The notes under the pieces were generated by a model, which was given only the letters and a program-made list of their open reading frames with translations, was not told where the DNA came from and ran no database searches. A DNA stretch of 16,974 bases. Source: Candidatus Thorarchaeota archaeon. Its GTDB lineage: Archaea > Asgardarchaeota > Thorarchaeia > Thorarchaeales > Thorarchaeaceae. Made by a program: the position numbers and the translations under genes. The DNA lies in contig JAEORO010000085.1 in the NCBI GenBank assembly GCA_016840855.1, positions 1 through 16,974 on the forward strand, written 5' to 3'. Shown one piece after another: positions 15,739 through 16,974 of the stretch (the first letter of the stretch is position 1; each line of letters begins with the position of its first letter).

Positions 15739-16974
15739 GTAAGGCGCGGATAACAGTTGGTGAGAAACCAGTCATCACGATGGATCTCATTGATGGTACA
15801 ATAAAATATGTCTGGAAGACTTCGCTTCTTACAAAAACTCTTGACTATTCGATCGACAAGTGTGTTGGATGCAATCTTTGCTTGTATTGCCCTTGGGATG
15901 CAATTACGATTGGACCTGTAGCTGAAACAGCTGCAGGAAGAATTGAAGGCGCACCTCTCATTAATATTGATCCTGATCTATGTACATTCTGCGGGCTCTG
16001 TGACTCAGCATGCATATTTAGAGCCTTCGCTACAAAATACGAGGGCGAGCAATCTGTAAATGACTATAATCGTGTATCAGGAACGCATGAGATTGACCAC
16101 AATAAGTGTGCTCCTTGCCTCTTATGCGCAAAGGTTTGTCCTACCAATGCCCTTGAAGTTAAGGTCGAAGTCGAGAAGAAGAAGAATCTAGTGACCTACA
16201 AGGAAGAACCACACGCAATTGGTAGCATAAAGTTGAATGAAGACAAATGCTCCTATTGCGGATTATGTGAGCTTCTATGTCCCGAAGTATTCACAATCTT
16301 CTGGTCAGATTCCGCAGAACCTCCTGAATTCAAACCTGCAGCAGCTATTAGAATGGAAGAGAAGGAATGTGACTACTGCAAGCTCTGCGAGAAGATATGT
16401 CCAGATGATGCTATAGAAGTCACATGCCTTGAAGCAAGTGCTCGTATTATTGAAGATCTAAAGATTTCTGGCAAGTTAAAGCAGAGTGATATTGCTTGTG
16501 TCAAATGTGGTCTCTGTGATCAAGTTTGCCCCTATGATGCAATCGAGGTTTCAAAGCCCTTCTCAGGAGAAGTTCAAATAAAGAAACTCGAGAAATGTGA
16601 TCCGATTGGATGTCACAACTGCTTCAATATCTGTCCGGTAAAAGCGATTTATCCAACTGGAAAGGAAGATAAGATCGCAATACTTGACCATTGCGTTTAT
16701 TGTGGCGCTTGTGCGAATTCTTGTCCATATGACGTTCTCGAAGTTGTACGAGAAGGCTACAATGTTGAAATGTTGGAGGAAGCTCGAGAATGGGAACGAG
16801 GCAGGTCAATATTCTTCAATGAGGTAGTCGGAAAAGAGCATCCTCCTAGTGGACTATTTGAGAGAAATTTAATCCTACGCGCTGAAGAAATTCAACCTGG
16901 CAACATGAAAGCGCTTAGTGCTTGGAAATCCATTGATGGCAATCGAAAAAGAGCTATGGCAATAGCAAAGAAAC
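15735..16974 (+). CDS. fwdF: FwdF/FmdF-like polyferredoxin (8 ferredoxin-type Cys motifs), 3'-truncated by the window edge
   Basis: Not in the ORF track; translated by hand. ATG 15735 overlaps the hdrA stop (ATGA) and the frame stays open for 413 codons. Motifs: CVGCNLCLYCP, CTFCGLCDSAC, CAPCLLCAKVCP, CSYCGLCELLCP, CDYCKLCEKICP, CVKCGLCDQVCP, CDPIGCHNCFNICP, CVYCGACANSCP. FwdF-like IGPV and VSKPFSG segments are present. Confidence 0.88.
   Translation, partial: MSKARITVGEKPVITMDLIDGTIKYVWKTSLLTKTLDYSIDKCVGCNLCLYCPWDAITIGPVAETAAGRIEGAPLINIDPDLCTFCGLCDSACIFRAFATKYEGEQSVNDYNRVSGTHEIDHNKCAPCLLCAKVCPTNALEVKVEVEKKKNLVTYKEEPHAIGSIKLNEDKCSYCGLCELLCPEVFTIFWSDSAEPPEFKPAAAIRMEEKECDYCKLCEKICPDDAIEVTCLEASARIIEDLKISGKLKQSDIACVKCGLCDQVCPYDAIEVSKPFSGEVQIKKLEKCDPIGCHNCFNICPVKAIYPTGKEDKIAILDHCVYCGACANSCPYDVLEVVREGYNVEMLEEAREWERGRSIFFNEVVGKEHPPSGLFERNLILRAEEIQPGNMKALSAWKSIDGNRKRAMAIAKK

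Noticed and set aside
193-16809. The many 60-214 aa antisense or off-frame ORFs in the track (e.g. 4843-5487, 6333-6764, 8195-8602, 12580-12984, 14712-15158, 16624-16809)
   Set aside because: All lie over well-supported genes and show no recognisable motifs; typical shadow ORFs.
2745-16974. Evidence for methanogenesis
   Set aside because: cdh, hdrA and fwd-like genes occur in many non-methanogenic archaea, and no mcr or mtr gene is present in the window.
1-16974. CRISPR arrays, tRNA/rRNA genes, IS elements, inteins
   Set aside because: No spaced repeats, RNA-gene signatures, transposase/integrase motifs or unexplained large in-frame insertions were seen. The repeated TGT/TGC patterns are ferredoxin Cys motifs.

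Overview
Archaeal anaerobic C1/energy-metabolism locus; Asgard/Thorarchaeota- or Bathyarchaeia-like is only a guess from protein style. The minus strand carries a complete archaeal ACDS (CODH/ACS) operon, cdhA-cdhB-cdhC-cdhD-cdhE. It is bracketed by two different CooC-type nickel-insertion ATPases and followed by an acetyl-CoA hydrolase/CoA-transferase fused to a GNAT domain. Upstream on the same strand lie a CdhE-like Fe-S domain fused to an FwdG-like ferredoxin, and an FwdB paralogue. The FwdB paralogue keeps its [4Fe-4S] ligands but appears to have lost the W/Mo-ligating Cys/Sec and the catalytic His/Arg. Divergently transcribed are an HdrA-MvhD fusion and an overlapping FwdF-like 8x[4Fe-4S] polyferredoxin, which is absent from the ORF track and runs off the window. 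A 5'-truncated carbon-nitrogen hydrolase opens the window. The most interesting reading (inference) is a repurposed, catalytically dead Fwd-type electron wire linking flavin-bifurcating HdrA to CODH/ACS. All family calls come from motif recognition by eye, not from database searches.
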